A stretch of DNA of 64,000 bases from Camelus dromedarius (lineage: Eukaryota): contig NC_087437.1 in assembly GCF_036321535.1 (NCBI RefSeq), forward strand, positions 111,726,001 to 111,790,000, given 5' to 3'. Made by a program: the position numbers and the translations under genes. The notes beneath the pieces were generated by a model, which ran no database searches, was not told the origin of the DNA, and saw nothing but the letters and a program-made list of their open reading frames with translations. Positions within the stretch are counted from its first letter, which is position 1. Each line of letters begins with the position of its first letter. This document shows positions 25,263-37,836 of the stretch, one piece after another.

Positions 25263-26600
25263 CAAAGCTATCAGGGAGCCTTAAATAAAGTGGTGACTGC
25301 GGAAATGAAAGGAGGAGGGGGATTTAAGATGCTTCATGGGAGCAGAAGGGACAGGACCAGACTTAAGGCATACGGGCATCCGAGAGAAACGTGCTGAAGG
25401 TGACACCGAGGACAACAGCCTGGACAACTGAGACACTGGTGACTCTGTTAGTAGAAGTGAAAAGTCTGCAGAAGTGCCTCCGCCTGGGTACAGAATACAG
25501 GGCGGAGGAATCGATGAATCCCTGTGCAGGGACCTGAGACCGCAGTGCTGGCTGGACTTTCAGGTGGACCCACCTAAGAACCAGCTGAAAACTCAGGCTG
25601 CAGGTGGAGGACAGAGATTTCAGACTTATCTGCAGAGAGTGGAATTTGTATTTGGCAGAGAAGGTAACATGTTTAGGGAGAAAGAGCAGAAAGAAATAAG
25701 AAGAGGGCCAAGGGCCTGGTCGGTGAGGCCACTGGGAGCGAGCCCTCACCTGCTGGCCCACTGCGTTCTGACCTACGGGCTCACAGGGCAGGTCTGGTGA
25801 GGCCGGTGTGATGGGAAGTTGGGCCTGGTTGCCCAGAAACTCTGCAACTTTTGGCAAATCACCTCAGCAAATGACTGAAACCCCTGTGAAATCCCTCTCT
25901 CTAAATTATGAAATGACTACATAAAAATACACACAAAGGGAAGAAGTGATAGGAATGAATAGGAAGGATTTCCACAGAAGAAAGTCTTGGGGGGTGAAGA
26001 GAGCCGAGCAGGGTCCAGGCCACCACTTTCCTAACAGGTTCTCAGATATGCCAATCTGACAAGATGTTAATAGTTATTATCTGTACTTTTTAAAAAGGTT
26101 CTGCAGTCAGATGCATTTTGTGAACACTGGACTGAACCGAAGCCTTCCCTGTAGGCCTTCCCAGAGCCTTCCCTATGTTAACAGGCACAGAGGGGCAGTC
26201 TTTCCTGAGGCACTTAAAGGGTTGGTTAAGAGCTTGAAGAATTTGGGAAACCATAATTATGCCCAGTGCACCGGGAGGACTGGAAGAAAAAGCAGTTATC
26301 AAGTGAGAAGGCCTGCGGTGGACGGTGGTAGCAACTAGCAACAGCAACACAGAAAGAAAAGCATCTGATAAAAACATTCATTTCTTTAAAAATCCTGAAA
26401 TTCTTTTCCTCCAGACTCACATTATCTGTATGTGAGTGGTATGACTTATGTTTCTCCTTCGATGAAATGGTTTTTGTGTAAATACTTCAGACGATTACAA
26501 GAAGCTAACGCATAACAGACACGTGCTGGGTCAGCCAAGTGTCTACAGACCTGGCAGACGGTTCACATCCCCTCTACTTCACTTTCTTTAGTTCTTAACA

Positions 26601-26783
26601 GATACAAACTACTGCAAATAAAACAGATAGGCAACAAGGACCTACTGTATAGCACAGGGAATTATATTCAATATCTTGTAATCTCTAAAATAGAATATAA
26701 TAAAAACCAAAACTGAATCACTCTATTGTACACCTGAAACTAACATAATATGGTAAATCAACTATACTTCAATTAAAAAAAAA
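26601..26783 (+). mobile_element. L1 3' UTR fragment
   Basis: caacaaggacctactgtatagcacaggga...taaatcaactatacttcaattaaaaaaaa. Confidence 0.85.
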
Positions 26784-27099
26784 GTTAAGGAAATAAACTC
26801 ACATATGCATCAATTCATATTTGTACCTCATTTACACAAGCCAGTAACATTTTTTTTTTTTTTTGCCTGACCTGCAGAAATTGGGAGGATTGAGGACAAC
26901 TGTCATAATTACGAAAAGAAAAAGCTAGGGCTCACCCCAAACATGCTTGTTTCCCTTGCCTCTGGAAAGCTTGAAAAGAAGAAAAGAAAAGAATAGAAAG
27001 AAAAGAAAGGAAAAGGCTGGTTGGCAGATAACTCTGGAAACCATAACTGGAGTTGACATTTCAAAAGACAAGATTTAGAGCATCACTTAGAAAGCTAAC

Positions 27100-27167
27100 C
27101 TTAGATATTATCGCTTTGGCTTCTTCTATAGTCTTCTTCAAAACTTGCTTCATTTTTTCATTTGGAG
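27100..27167 (-). CDS. CFAP298: CFAP298 exon 3 (APNEKMKQVLKKTIEEAKAIISK)
   Basis: 68 nt, phase 1-0, AG/GT. Confidence 0.96.
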
Positions 27168-28067
27168 CTATAGAAATAGAAAAAGGGAGGGGGAGAGAGA
27201 GTCATCTTTAAAACTCTTAAATATCCTAAACCCTTCTGTCTGAGTTGGGGAGGAAGTGAGCTGAGAGAACGTTCAGAATGGGATTCAGGGGAGGGACACA
27301 GGAAAGCTGGCTCTCAGAAGTTAGGTAAAAATCTCTCAAACCTTATATTCTTAATAAATAACGGTAATACTTAGACATTAAAAATACGAGAAATATAACA
27401 TTGTATTAAAATAGAAGTGATTAATTTAGACAGTTTTGGTTTAAGGATGATAAGGAACTGGCTAATAATAAACTGGTAACTGTTCTTATGAGATACTGTT
27501 ATTTTTTTCATTGATGCAATTCCTTCCAAAAAGCAATCTCTCCAATTTGAGAATGAGTTTAGGTATAAAAAGATATGGCAGACAACCAACAATTTTCTAG
27601 GTTAAAATTAAAAGGAAAAAATACTAGAAATTCCTATTACCTTCAATACTAAAAAACTTTTTCTGGGCATACAAAGGCCTTATGGGACACTTATGTATTT
27701 CTTTTGCTCCCAGTACTGTTTTAAGGGTACAGTAGTTACTTAGGTGTTTGTTAAATGATCAATTACCGTCTTTTAAACAGAGATCTTTATGCTGCTTAAA
27801 AGGGATAGGCCACCAAAATGGATTATCACCCCTTTTTCCCTCCAGTTCCACATGAGTGACCATGTACTAAAAGCAGAGTAATTTCCTCAGTGCTCCAACA
27901 TGTCCTAAGCTGCTCTGTACAAAAGAGAGGCGGGTCCTCAATTCAAGTGGAGACCGCCGGGTTGATATTCATTTCTTTCTTCAGCACAGAATCTCTAAAT
28001 AAACCCTGATCTGCACACTGTAACAAGCCTACCCTTCAACACATTGTCAATGATTACCCCCCAAACT

Positions 28068-28147
28068 ATCAGGTTGAACCATATGAAACTGCCAATTTTC
28101 AACCATCTGTTGCTTACAAAACTGGTCATTTCATATGGTTCATGTAT
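28068..28147. mobile_element. Mariner MITE (MADE2-like), ~80-bp palindrome
   Basis: atcaggttgaaccatatgaaact...atttcatatggttca inverted termini. Confidence 0.7.
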
Positions 28148-28365
28148 TACATTTAAAGGCTAGGGGGCAACTTACAGGAAGAAGACAGACACTCCCTTTA
28201 TCCACCTAAGTCACACTGGATTAGCATTTTGCCACGAGGAGTTACACAGGGCAGTATTTCATAAGTTTGTATAGAACTATTGAAATCCATTTTTTGACTT
28301 AAAGAACTGCTTTCACACTGGTTGCTATATTCAGGCAGACACACAGAAGAAAACTATTGGATTAC

Positions 28366-28533
28366 CTTGACCATTCCTTCGTCCAATATCGTCCTTTTTA
28401 AATACTGAACCCCCACTGGGGACACACTTTTCACCCCATTCATCTTTCAATTTCAGTTCTTCAATCTGGTCATCAGTCAGTCCTTGCATATTAGGAGGGA
28501 GAAATATGCCATGTTCTGCTAATTCTTCCATTT
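28366..28533 (-). CDS. CFAP298: CFAP298 exon 2 (EMEELAEHGIFLPPNMQGL...GRRNGQ)
   Basis: 168 nt, phase 1-1, AG/GT. Confidence 0.97.
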
Positions 28534-28604
28534 CTTAAAAACAAGAGAAGTTACACAATATGCATCACTATCATCATCGTGACACCTTACACCTCATCAG
28601 AATG

Positions 28605-28622
28605 TGAGCTCCCTAGTGGTCA
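28605..28622 (-). promoter_or_regulatory. CTCF-like motif
   Basis: TGACCACTAGGGAGCTCA on the minus strand. Confidence 0.4.
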
Positions 28623-29011
28623 AGGGTCTCGCCCGCTGGCTGTTTTATTTAACAAACACTTAGATGCCAATTTGCTGTGTACTAGACCTGTCCTTGACCT
28701 CTGACAAATGCTCACTGATTCGTGAGCAGAGGTCGACAGCAGCAGAGTTTAGGATCTCACCCACCGTCACAGGTTGCAGATTCTGCGCTCCAAATCTCTG
28801 TGCTATGTTGTACTTCCTAGCACTCAGGAGGCACAAATTAAAATTCATTAACAGTCTGCACACCTAGTCCCACAGGGCATTACATTTCTCCAAGTGCACT
28901 GACAAGGTTTATCTCTTTTCTCCAACTTGCAGCTGTATCACCTGAGGCTTGCTCAGGTCATACTGCCACTACTGTGTGTAAAACTTTATATAAATACTTC
29001 ATAAAGAACTT

Positions 29012-29585
29012 ATGCACCCCAATGTTCACAGCAGCACTATTTACAATAGCCAAGACATGGAAGCAGCCTAAATGTCCATCGACAGATGACTGATAAAGAA
29101 GATGTGGTATATTTATACAATGGAATACTATTCAGTCATAAAAAGGACAACATAACGCCATTTGCAGCAACATGGATGTCCCTGGAGAATGTCATTCTAA
29201 GTGAAATATGCCAGAAAGAGAAAGAAAAAGACCATATGAGATCGCTCATGTGGAATTAAAAAAAACAAACATAAATACAAAACAGAAAACAGACTCATAG
29301 ATATAGAAAAGAAACTTGTGGTTGCCAAGGAGGAGGGGGGTGGGAAGGGGACAGACTGGGAGTTCAAAATTTGTAGATACTGACAGGCATATGTAGAATA
29401 CATACACAAGATTATACTGTATAACACAGGGAAATATATACAAGATCTTGTGGTAGTTCACAGAGAAAAAGAATGTGACAATGAATACATGTATGTTCAT
29501 GTATAACTGAAAAATTGTGCTCTACACTGGAAATTGACACAACATTGTAAACTGACTATAACTCAATAAAAAAAATGTTAAAAAA
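29012..29585 (+). mobile_element. 5'-truncated L1 (copy 1)
   Basis: atgcaccccaatgttcacagcagc...aactcaataaaaaaa. Confidence 0.9.
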
Positions 29586-29597
29586 CTTATGTAAATC

Positions 29598-30059
29598 TGT
29601 GGACTACTACTCAGCCATAAAAAAGAATAAAACCATGCCATTTGCAGCAACATGGATGGACCTGGAGATTGTCATTCTAAGTGAAGTAAGCCAGAAAGAG
29701 AAAGAAAATACCATATAATATTACTCTTATGTGGAATCTAAAAAAAAAAGAAGACACAAATGAACTTATTTACAAATCAGAAACAGACTCTCAGACATAG
29801 AAAACAAACTTATGGTTCCTGGAGGGAAAGTGGGTGGGAAGGGATAAATTGGGAGTTTGAGATTTGCAGATACTAACTACTATATATACAATAGATAAAC
29901 AAGTTTCTTCTGTATAGCAAACTGTATTTAATATCTTGTAGTAACCTATAATGAAAAAGAATATGAAAATATACGTATGTAAATGTATGACTGAGACATG
30001 CTGTACACCAGACATTGACACATTGTGAACTGACTATGCTTCAATTAAAAAATAATAAT
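29598..30059 (+). mobile_element. 5'-truncated L1 (copy 2)
   Basis: tggactactactcagccataaaaaag...cttcaattaaaaa; TSD ttatgtaaatc. Confidence 0.9.
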
Positions 30060-30939
30060 TTATGTAAATCAGATCATGGTGGGGGGTGGATTTAAGGCAG
30101 CTCACGCCCTTCTAAAGTGCCTGACATAGGAAAAGACTGATTTTCTACTATCATGTTCACTATTCAGATGCATGCTTTTTATTTTTCCTATTCCATATAT
30201 ATTCACAACCAAACGAATCTATGTTTTAACCTTGTAAAACTGCCTTTCTTTCTTTCCTTCCTTCTCCCTCTTTCCTCTCTCCCTTCCTTCCTTCTTTTTT
30301 CTTCGATGTGAAAAAGGTACATGGAGCTAAGTCTTCCCACCGCACTGTATGAAGACACCAGGTGGCCTGCAATAATACAATACTATGGAACAAATGCTGT
30401 GACTTAACGGGCTATTTATGGGATATCTATTGTCTCTCTCCCCACCAGACTGTATCAAGAGGGCAGGCGGCTGGCCTCATTCATCCTTGTCTTTGCTGGG
30501 CTTAACATCAGAGCCTGTCTAAATCAACTGTAGATGAAGTGAATGGGTTTTAAGTAGAAAGTTCCAGTGCACTGCGCTGCTCCAGAGCGTTGAGAGGACG
30601 GTGACAAAACACTGTAACATGAGTATCAGGCTGTTTCCTGGAGAAGGGAACACCAAGGGAGGCAAGAACACCAAGGCTTTCTCCCTGTTTCTCACCCTTG
30701 AAGGCCATCCCAAAGCTGGGTGGTTCACCACCGGAAACTGCTCTATCTCAAAAGTCTCAAAATATGACATTCACTTTTCAAAAACGGCCCCACTGGTCGT
30801 CCCACCTCTCACACTTGTTAAAATCCACTACACCTCCCCTGGGGCCCAGGCTTTCGGCTCCCTCCTGTGCCTCTTGCCTCTGTACCGGGTCTATTTCAGT
30901 TTGCTTGCTCACAGCTCCCCAATCCCGGTTCCAGGACCC

Positions 30940-32240
30940 TGGGGCGCGGCCGCCCCACTGGCTCCGGGCGCCTCTCCACCGGTGCGCCGGCTCTTTAACC
31001 ATCTCTGGCGAACCCCACTGTCCCAATTCAAGCCCGTCTGCCACATATCTCTGCAAATCACAAACTTGACCCTGGCCCCAGCCTACTCGAGAAAGCCCTT
31101 TGGGTCCCGCCCAACTTCCTCCGTCTCAGATGGCCCCGTCTCTTCTTCCCTCCTGGGCCCCGCACGGCCCGGGCCCTCATCCCGCCCTGGCTCGGCTCTA
31201 CCGCCCCGGCGCGGGAACTCGCCGCGCCACGTCGCACCTGAGCAGACGCGCTGCACCTTAAGCCGCGCGTTGTAGACCCGGGCCACCTGCACCGTGAGCT
31301 CCTCCAGCTCTGTGCTCCCCGGCGCCTGCAGGAGGAACTGGCTCTCGTCGCCCCGCTTCACGTGCAGCAGAACCATGGCCCCGCCGAGGCGGCGAGAAGG
31401 CCCGGGATGCGCGGCCCCCGGTCACTCGCCGGGCGAACAGCGAAGGCCGGACTAACCGCTGCAGGGAGGCCGGAACCCGGGGCTCGGACGCCGGCGGGGC
31501 TGGGGGAACTGCACCCGCTCCCGGAAGTGGCTGTCGCCAGGAGCAACAAAGAAACGCAGTCTGAGGGGCCACCGCTAAAAGTCAGAACCCGAGGCTGGGG
31601 AAGCTACGGTGCGCGGAGACCCGGCCCTCCACTCCCAGAAACGGTCCACACAGCCCGAGAGAGCCGCCGGGCCGGCCTGCGGGGCCAGATTAGCCGAGTC
31701 CTGTCCCGGAAGTGGCTGTTGTCCGGGCAACCATCAAACAGACCAAGTCGTCGGAGGGGATCGCAGGCCCCCAGTCGTCTAGCTCGTGGCCTGAGATTCC
31801 ACCCAGGGAGATGGGTGGGTGGGTGGGTGGGAGGGAGGTTGCTAGGTCGGGAAAGAGTGGGGTGGTGGGCACCCACAGGTGCCGAACCGTGCGGCAGCCT
31901 CCCCACGGCCGCTCCTAGTCTTAGCAGTACTTCCGCCTGCCGCAGTTTCACTTCCGGAAACGAATCTTGCTGTTTCCGGTGTGGAGAGTCTTGGAGAGGT
32001 TCTCTCGGTTCGCTGAGCACTGGTATCTGTCACCTCTGCTTTGGTTTTTAGCACTCAGGGGTCAAGGAAAGTGCCCGTACTCCTTCGTGCGAGCCGATTC
32101 GGATTCGCATATCTAGAGTGGCTCAAGCAGTTGCGTTCAGAGCGACCCTCCCTTAACTAGCCAGCCAGTCACAGCCCAGCAAATGCTAATGGAAGGGCTT
32201 CGGCGGCGCTGTTTTTTCCAGGCGCCGGTGACACGGAGGC
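30940..32240. promoter_or_regulatory. CFAP298: CpG island / CFAP298 promoter with ETS (CCGGAAGT) and RFX X-box-like sites
   Basis: Dense CpG around exon 1; CCGGAAGTG at 31521 and 31706; GTCGCCAGGAGCAAC and GTTGTCCGGGCAAC. Confidence 0.9.
31238..31376 (-). CDS. CFAP298: CFAP298 exon 1 (MVLLHVKRGDESQFLLQAPGS...VQRVCS); cilia- and flagella-associated protein 298
   Basis: ATG in strong Kozak context (GCCATGG), 139 nt. The seven exons sum to 873 nt = 290 aa + stop, as in human CFAP298/C21orf59. Confidence 0.98.
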
Positions 32241-33559
32241 AGATCCAGAGTCACTGCTTTCATGGAGCTTATATTTAGTGAAAATGACAAAGAGAAAACA
32301 GAAACAGACTGGCAAATTCAAATAGAAGTATAAAGGAAACAAAACAGTAATTGGCTTTTTAGATTGGATACTCAAGGAACGTCTTGAGGGATGGATAACA
32401 TTTGCACTGAGCCTTTGATAATAAGGCGCTGGCAAAGCTGAGATAGTGCCAGGCTCCTACCCCTGGTTATTTCCTTCTACGGGCCATTGCTGAATGCGAG
32501 GTTCGAATATTAAAAGCACCTGCTACTTTGTATACCCGAAATTTTGGCTCCCTGCATTAAAACTGTATACCTGGAGTTCTGGGGCAGGGTAGAGAAAGTG
32601 TGTGACTGTAGGCCTGGAAATGCCCAATCTACGGCTTCATAGGAGGACTGTTAGACTGATACTGGATGGAAGAGGGGATGGCGCCCAAGGAGAGGAGATG
32701 TGTTTTCATCTCTAGTACTGTTAGGGCAGGAATCACCCAGACCCTGGAACATGCAGTACTGGTCAGACTGGCAAATGTCTCTCTTCCCCAGAGGGAGAAA
32801 GGGGCATACTGTGTTCTCTTAGCTCCTGACTTTTGGGGTTAATAATAAGATCATCCCCCTATTTCTCCTGAATCCAATTCCACATCCATCAGGCCAACTC
32901 CTGCTTAAAACTTGTTTTACAGTTTACAGTATAGCCTTCTAGGTATTGAAAACCATTTATCCACAAACTCATGTATTACAAGGTTTCTGGGTGTAATTTT
33001 TAATAATAAAATGAATGAAAAGTATTAGGAAACCCATGTTTGTACTGAGCATCCAGTTTTGTTTAAATATGTAGTTTATTAACTACATATCTGATGGAAA
33101 GTCTGCCAGATTGTCACAAATTAAGCCCTTGCACCAACTTTAATCTGTGCCAGCACTGACACTTGCCTTTGTAGTCCTCTTAACTTTATTCTTTTTTTGC
33201 ATTCCCTTCAGTGTTCTCTTAAGGACTTTTTCTTCTCATATAGGCCTTGTCTTACAGACTTGTGTGTAGGTTTTTCTCAGTGTGGTTTAAGTGATCATAA
33301 ATCATGCCAAAGCCCGTTGTCTTGCCACCACCCAAGTGGGTTCTGAATCCAAAAACAAAGATGACATCTGTGTGATCTTATGTACTTTGGCTTATTGTCT
33401 CTAAATATTTTAGGTACTGTTGCCTTTCTAGGGGGAAAGGCATCTTATGATCATTTGCATCTGTTGAAGCAATCCATTAATGACAAACACTCTGGTCCAG
33501 ATAATTAATGGTCCACTCATGATGGCTGTCAGAAACCAGGCAGCCAGGGAGGAAAAGAG

Positions 33560-34070
33560 CACATTTTTTCTCTATTGAAAAATTTGTCTTTTTAATCTCA
33601 TTAACACATGTATGTATCCCTAAAGAGTAGAGCCTATTGTTTTGAATGTTTTAAATTTTATACAACTGGTGTCATACTGTATTATTTTGTAACTTGCTTT
33701 ATGGCTTCATAATGAAATTTACTAACATTTCACTTACTTTCACTGCTGAATTGTATTCCACTGTATGAATATGTCACACCATCCCCTTCTTGATGGTTAG
33801 TTTATTTCTAGTTTTCACCATTACAGACAATGCATGTCCCGTTCCACGTGTCCTAGAGTTTCTCTACAAGTCAGATCTCTTGTGATAGAATATATGCACT
33901 TTACTGGACATTGTTAAATTGCTGTCTAGAACTGATGTGCCAGGCTGCCCTCTCACCAACAGCAGATGAATTCCCATTTTTTTGCACGTTCGCTAAATCC
34001 TGATGTGGTCAGACTTATTTTTCTAATATCAATAAATTGGCATTTTGATTTGTATATCCATTTTTTATGA
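33560..34070 (-). mobile_element. Ancient L1 (L1ME-like) fragment
   Basis: gtattccactgtatgaatatgtcac, ttatttctagttttc, aaattgctgtctagaa motifs. Confidence 0.55.
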
Positions 34071-34149
34071 GTTTGGTTTTCCTGTGTCAGTCACTTATGC
34101 TGCAGTTGTGGACCTGCAGGGCTCACGATCTGGCCAGTGGAGCATGTGA

Positions 34150-35105
34150 AGAGGCTTAAGAGATAAGCTAAGACAGGGAGAAATATCTGCAAAAAACACC
34201 ATAGTAAAAAAAAATATCTATTTAGAAAATGGACAAAAGACATAAATAGATACTTCCCTAAAGAAAATATCAGATGGCAAACAAGCACATGAAAATATGT
34301 TCACTATCATTAGTTACTAGGGAAACACAAATTTAAAGCCACAATGAAATATTCACTACTAAAATGGCTAAAATAAAAAATACCAACAATAGCAAATGCA
34401 GGCAAGGATGCAGAAAAACTGGCTCTCTCAAAAACTGCTGATGGGAATGTAAAATGGTAGTCATTCTAGAACACAATTTGGCAGTTTTCAAAAAATCCAA
34501 GCATGCAACTACCTTGTGACTCAGCAGTTGTACTCCTGGGGATTTATCCCAGAGAAATGAAAATTTATGTTCACATAAAAACCTGAGATGTATGTTCATA
34601 GCCGCTTCATTCATACTAACCTCAAACTGGGAACAACCCAGATGTCCTTCAATGGGTGGGTGAATGGTTATACCAACTGCGGTACATCCATACCGTGGAA
34701 TGATTCATAGCAGTAAGTAGGATCAAACTACTGATACACGCAATCTAGATGAATCTCCGAAGAATTATGCTGAGTCAAAAAAGACAATCCCGAAAGGTTA
34801 CATATGATTCCATTTATATAACATCCTTGAAGAGGCACAATTACAGAAATGGAGAACAGATTAGTGGCGGCCAGATGTTAAGGACACAGGAGAGGGGCAC
34901 AGGATGGGAGGGAAGTGGGAGAAGGGTAACATGTGGGATCTTTGTGGCAATGGAACGTTTTCTATTGATGTTAGTGTCTGGGTGTGGAACTGTGCTAGTT
35001 TTGCAAGTCGTTACCACTGAAGGAAACCAAGTAACAGGTACATGGGATCTCTCTGTATTATTTCTTAAACAACCATGTACAAATCTACAATTATCTTTGA
35101 AAAGT
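34150..35105 (+). mobile_element. Old L1 (L1MB/MC-like) ORF2 end + 3' UTR
   Basis: cagatggcaaacaagcacatgaaaa, ctcctggggatttatcccagagaaatgaaaa, gaattatgctgagt. Confidence 0.85.
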
Positions 35106-35646
35106 TTTTACAAAGCCTATTATTCTGTATCTGTAACTTCTTCATCAGAGGTTAATGAATACAATTGAACTATTTGAGAATCAAGGTTTTTGTCTTGAAA
35201 GCAATCTGAAAAAAGGCAATGCTGATGGAACTACCAAACTGGACCTCTTACTTTGGGTCTTTTAAGGTGGTCTCTTCTTGTGTCTGGCTGTTCGTGTGCC
35301 TGTTTCCCCTCCGGCCCCCAGGTGTTTCTTTTGCAGTGGGTTAGAAAGTCGTCATTCATGCTTCATGTGTTATTTTCAAGCCAACAGGATTTTGAATGGG
35401 GGCCTCTTACAGACTAAGTGCATGGCTTCTAAATGATGATCAGTATCGCAGAATAGCTTTCTTCTTACTTTTAGCCGAAGTATTATATAGAGAAGTGAAA
35501 GGGATGAAAATAAGATCTTGAATGTAAAATACCTGATTTGACAATAAGAGTTAGTCCTCAAATGTCACTAAACTTGTTAAAGGAAAATGGCCGAGAAAAA
35601 TTCTTCTCTTCTGAGCAAAGTAGTCAATATGGTAAAGACAGGTATA

Positions 35647-35652
35647 TTTATT
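35647..35652 (-). terminator. SYNJ1: SYNJ1 polyadenylation signal AATAAA
   Basis: tttatt on +, with U-rich sequence downstream on the minus strand. Confidence 0.65.
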
Positions 35653-37343
35653 TCATATGAGAGCACATTTCACAGGATATATATATATATACACATAATG
35701 TTTATATACCACTGACTGTAATACTGTACTTCTATAAAGTACATAGTTATAAATATTGTATGCCACATAAGCAATAAAATTCTTACATATAAACAGCAAT
35801 CTACTATAGAGAACAAAGAATTCACAAAGAGATCCTTAGTGTCTAATTTCTGCTCTGCTTTTAACAGAGCTCATAAATATTTTAAGGATACACAGAATGA
35901 TGGCTAGTTATTTGCAGCATACCTTTAACTTTCGTAACTGAGCACTTTTTCAGCAACTTGCCAAATAGAATTTCCTGATAAAGGCTGAGCTGCGGTATGA
36001 TATGTATACTTTAGACAGTAGTTTATATTCAATAGGAACCATTGCTCACAGAACTGCAGTCTGCACTAGTGAAGTTCATAATGAATAATTTTGCTAATAA
36101 AGAGCAAATACCATATATACTAATCACATAGATGTTAAAGCCACAGTTTCAACAAGTTAATTCACATTTTGAAGCACACTGCTTATAGTAATACTGCTGT
36201 TTAAAATACACTACTGCTGAAATGATCAAGACCTCCAAAAAAAGCACAATATAAAACTCACAAGAGTTATTTCTAACAGCAAATCCTGGCTGTTAATAGA
36301 GAGAGGATTAGTTTTATAAATATAGTATTCTGATAACATTGGAGCATTTAGAAAAGTGCTTTTTCCTAACAGATTTGCTTTACGTGTTAAGTGCAATGCA
36401 GTTTGCTGTGCTTTTACATTTTACCTATCCTTAGCCATGAACTCTATTTTCTGATGTTGCCCCAATGCACATCTTTGAAGGTGAAATGTAGACAATGGGA
36501 TTTAGGTGGACATATACAACTCTTTGTATAAAAGGAACGTTAATGTAAGTCTTAACGGGTAGAGGTGATTTTAACTTAAACTGACAACAAACTATTGCTC
36601 AAGGAGATTTCTGATTGGGATTACTTAATGATATCAAAATACTACATTCTGTACAAACTCCGTGTACTTCTTCATAAAATTAATCAAAGCAGGATCAGTT
36701 GCTTATTGGCAGTGCAGGAGACAAAATCCACAGCTGATTTGAGGTGGAGCCTCTAAAAACGTAAAGCGGCATCACAGATGGGTCGTGTAGCCTCGTGAGG
36801 GGAGAGAGCACACACGCAGCACACCCCGGTTCAGCACACCTGCCCGGGGGACGGGTGCCCTGCTCACCGACTTCCAGAGCGGGAGCAGCGGACAGAAGTG
36901 TGGGAGGGACGCGGGCAGCGTACGTTTAGCTCTAACAGTTCTCACTGAACTTGGTGGCAGGTGCCTTCCTGACATCTAAGGCCAGCGTGCATTTTTGAAA
37001 AGGCTGTAGAGTGTCTGTCCACACGACAGTGACCACAGTATGCTGTTCCCGGCTGCAGAGCCTCCTCCCACAGAACAGCAGGCGGAGGTGCTGGAGTGGA
37101 AAGTAATGAGAGTGTGTGATGTGTGGCACAGGGGCGGGTGTGGAATGGTAGCAGATTCTGGTTCTGTTGTGAGATGATTCTCGTTTTGGAAAGAAAATTA
37201 ATGAAATGTCCAAATTTCATTTTCACCCATCCTTTTGATATTGAAATACTGAAAAAAGAACTCTGTTAGAGCTTTCAGGTAAAAATTTGGTCTGACATGT
37301 TTTAGAATTTAAATGAGTTTTACAAATATATGTGTATATATTA

Positions 37344-37369
37344 GTGTGTGTGTGTGTGTGTGTGTGTGT
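37344..37369. repeat. (GT)13 microsatellite in SYNJ1 3' UTR
   Basis: Directly visible. Confidence 0.95.
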
Positions 37370-37836
37370 ATACACACTTTTTTTTTTAAAGCAATGTCTT
37401 TCTAAATTGTTTCAGTATGACTTTGACAGCTCTTTGGTAAAATACTTGTAAATACCAATTGTCAGCAAGTCCGACGGGCTGGCAGTACTGTCAGCTAGAA
37501 TTTGGTTGGGCTTTTGGAGATTCTTTAAAGGGGACTGACAAAGAATTTCTGAATAAAGACCATTTTCTAAAGTAGCTTTGAGCACTTTTTATGGCTTCTA
37601 CTCTCTCTTATTTATCCCAACAGAAACACACCAAAATTCCAGTTAATAACGAGAAAGATTTTTCCTTATTCCCAATATACACATATTCCAACTCTGTACA
37701 CATTAAATAGTGGTATTTCATGACAACCATCAGTGCACTTAACAATTACTTATTGCACATAATGAAAAACTAATGCCCGACTCTTTTGGCTCTACCCTGC
37801 CGAAACTAAAAAACAGCTGCTTTCTACCGCAGAACA

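Larger units (their letters stand above)
35625..37836 (-). other. SYNJ1: SYNJ1 3' UTR
   Basis: Largely repeat-free, mostly AT-rich sequence between the stop and the AATAAA at 35647-35652; 3' end approximate. Confidence 0.7.

Noticed and set aside
30601..32051. Long ORFs (224 and 229 aa) antisense to CFAP298 exon 1 and promoter
   Set aside because: Stop-codon scarcity in a CpG island; low-complexity Pro/Arg/Gly translation
34333..35168. ORFs of 93 and 139 aa
   Set aside because: Both lie within a decayed L1
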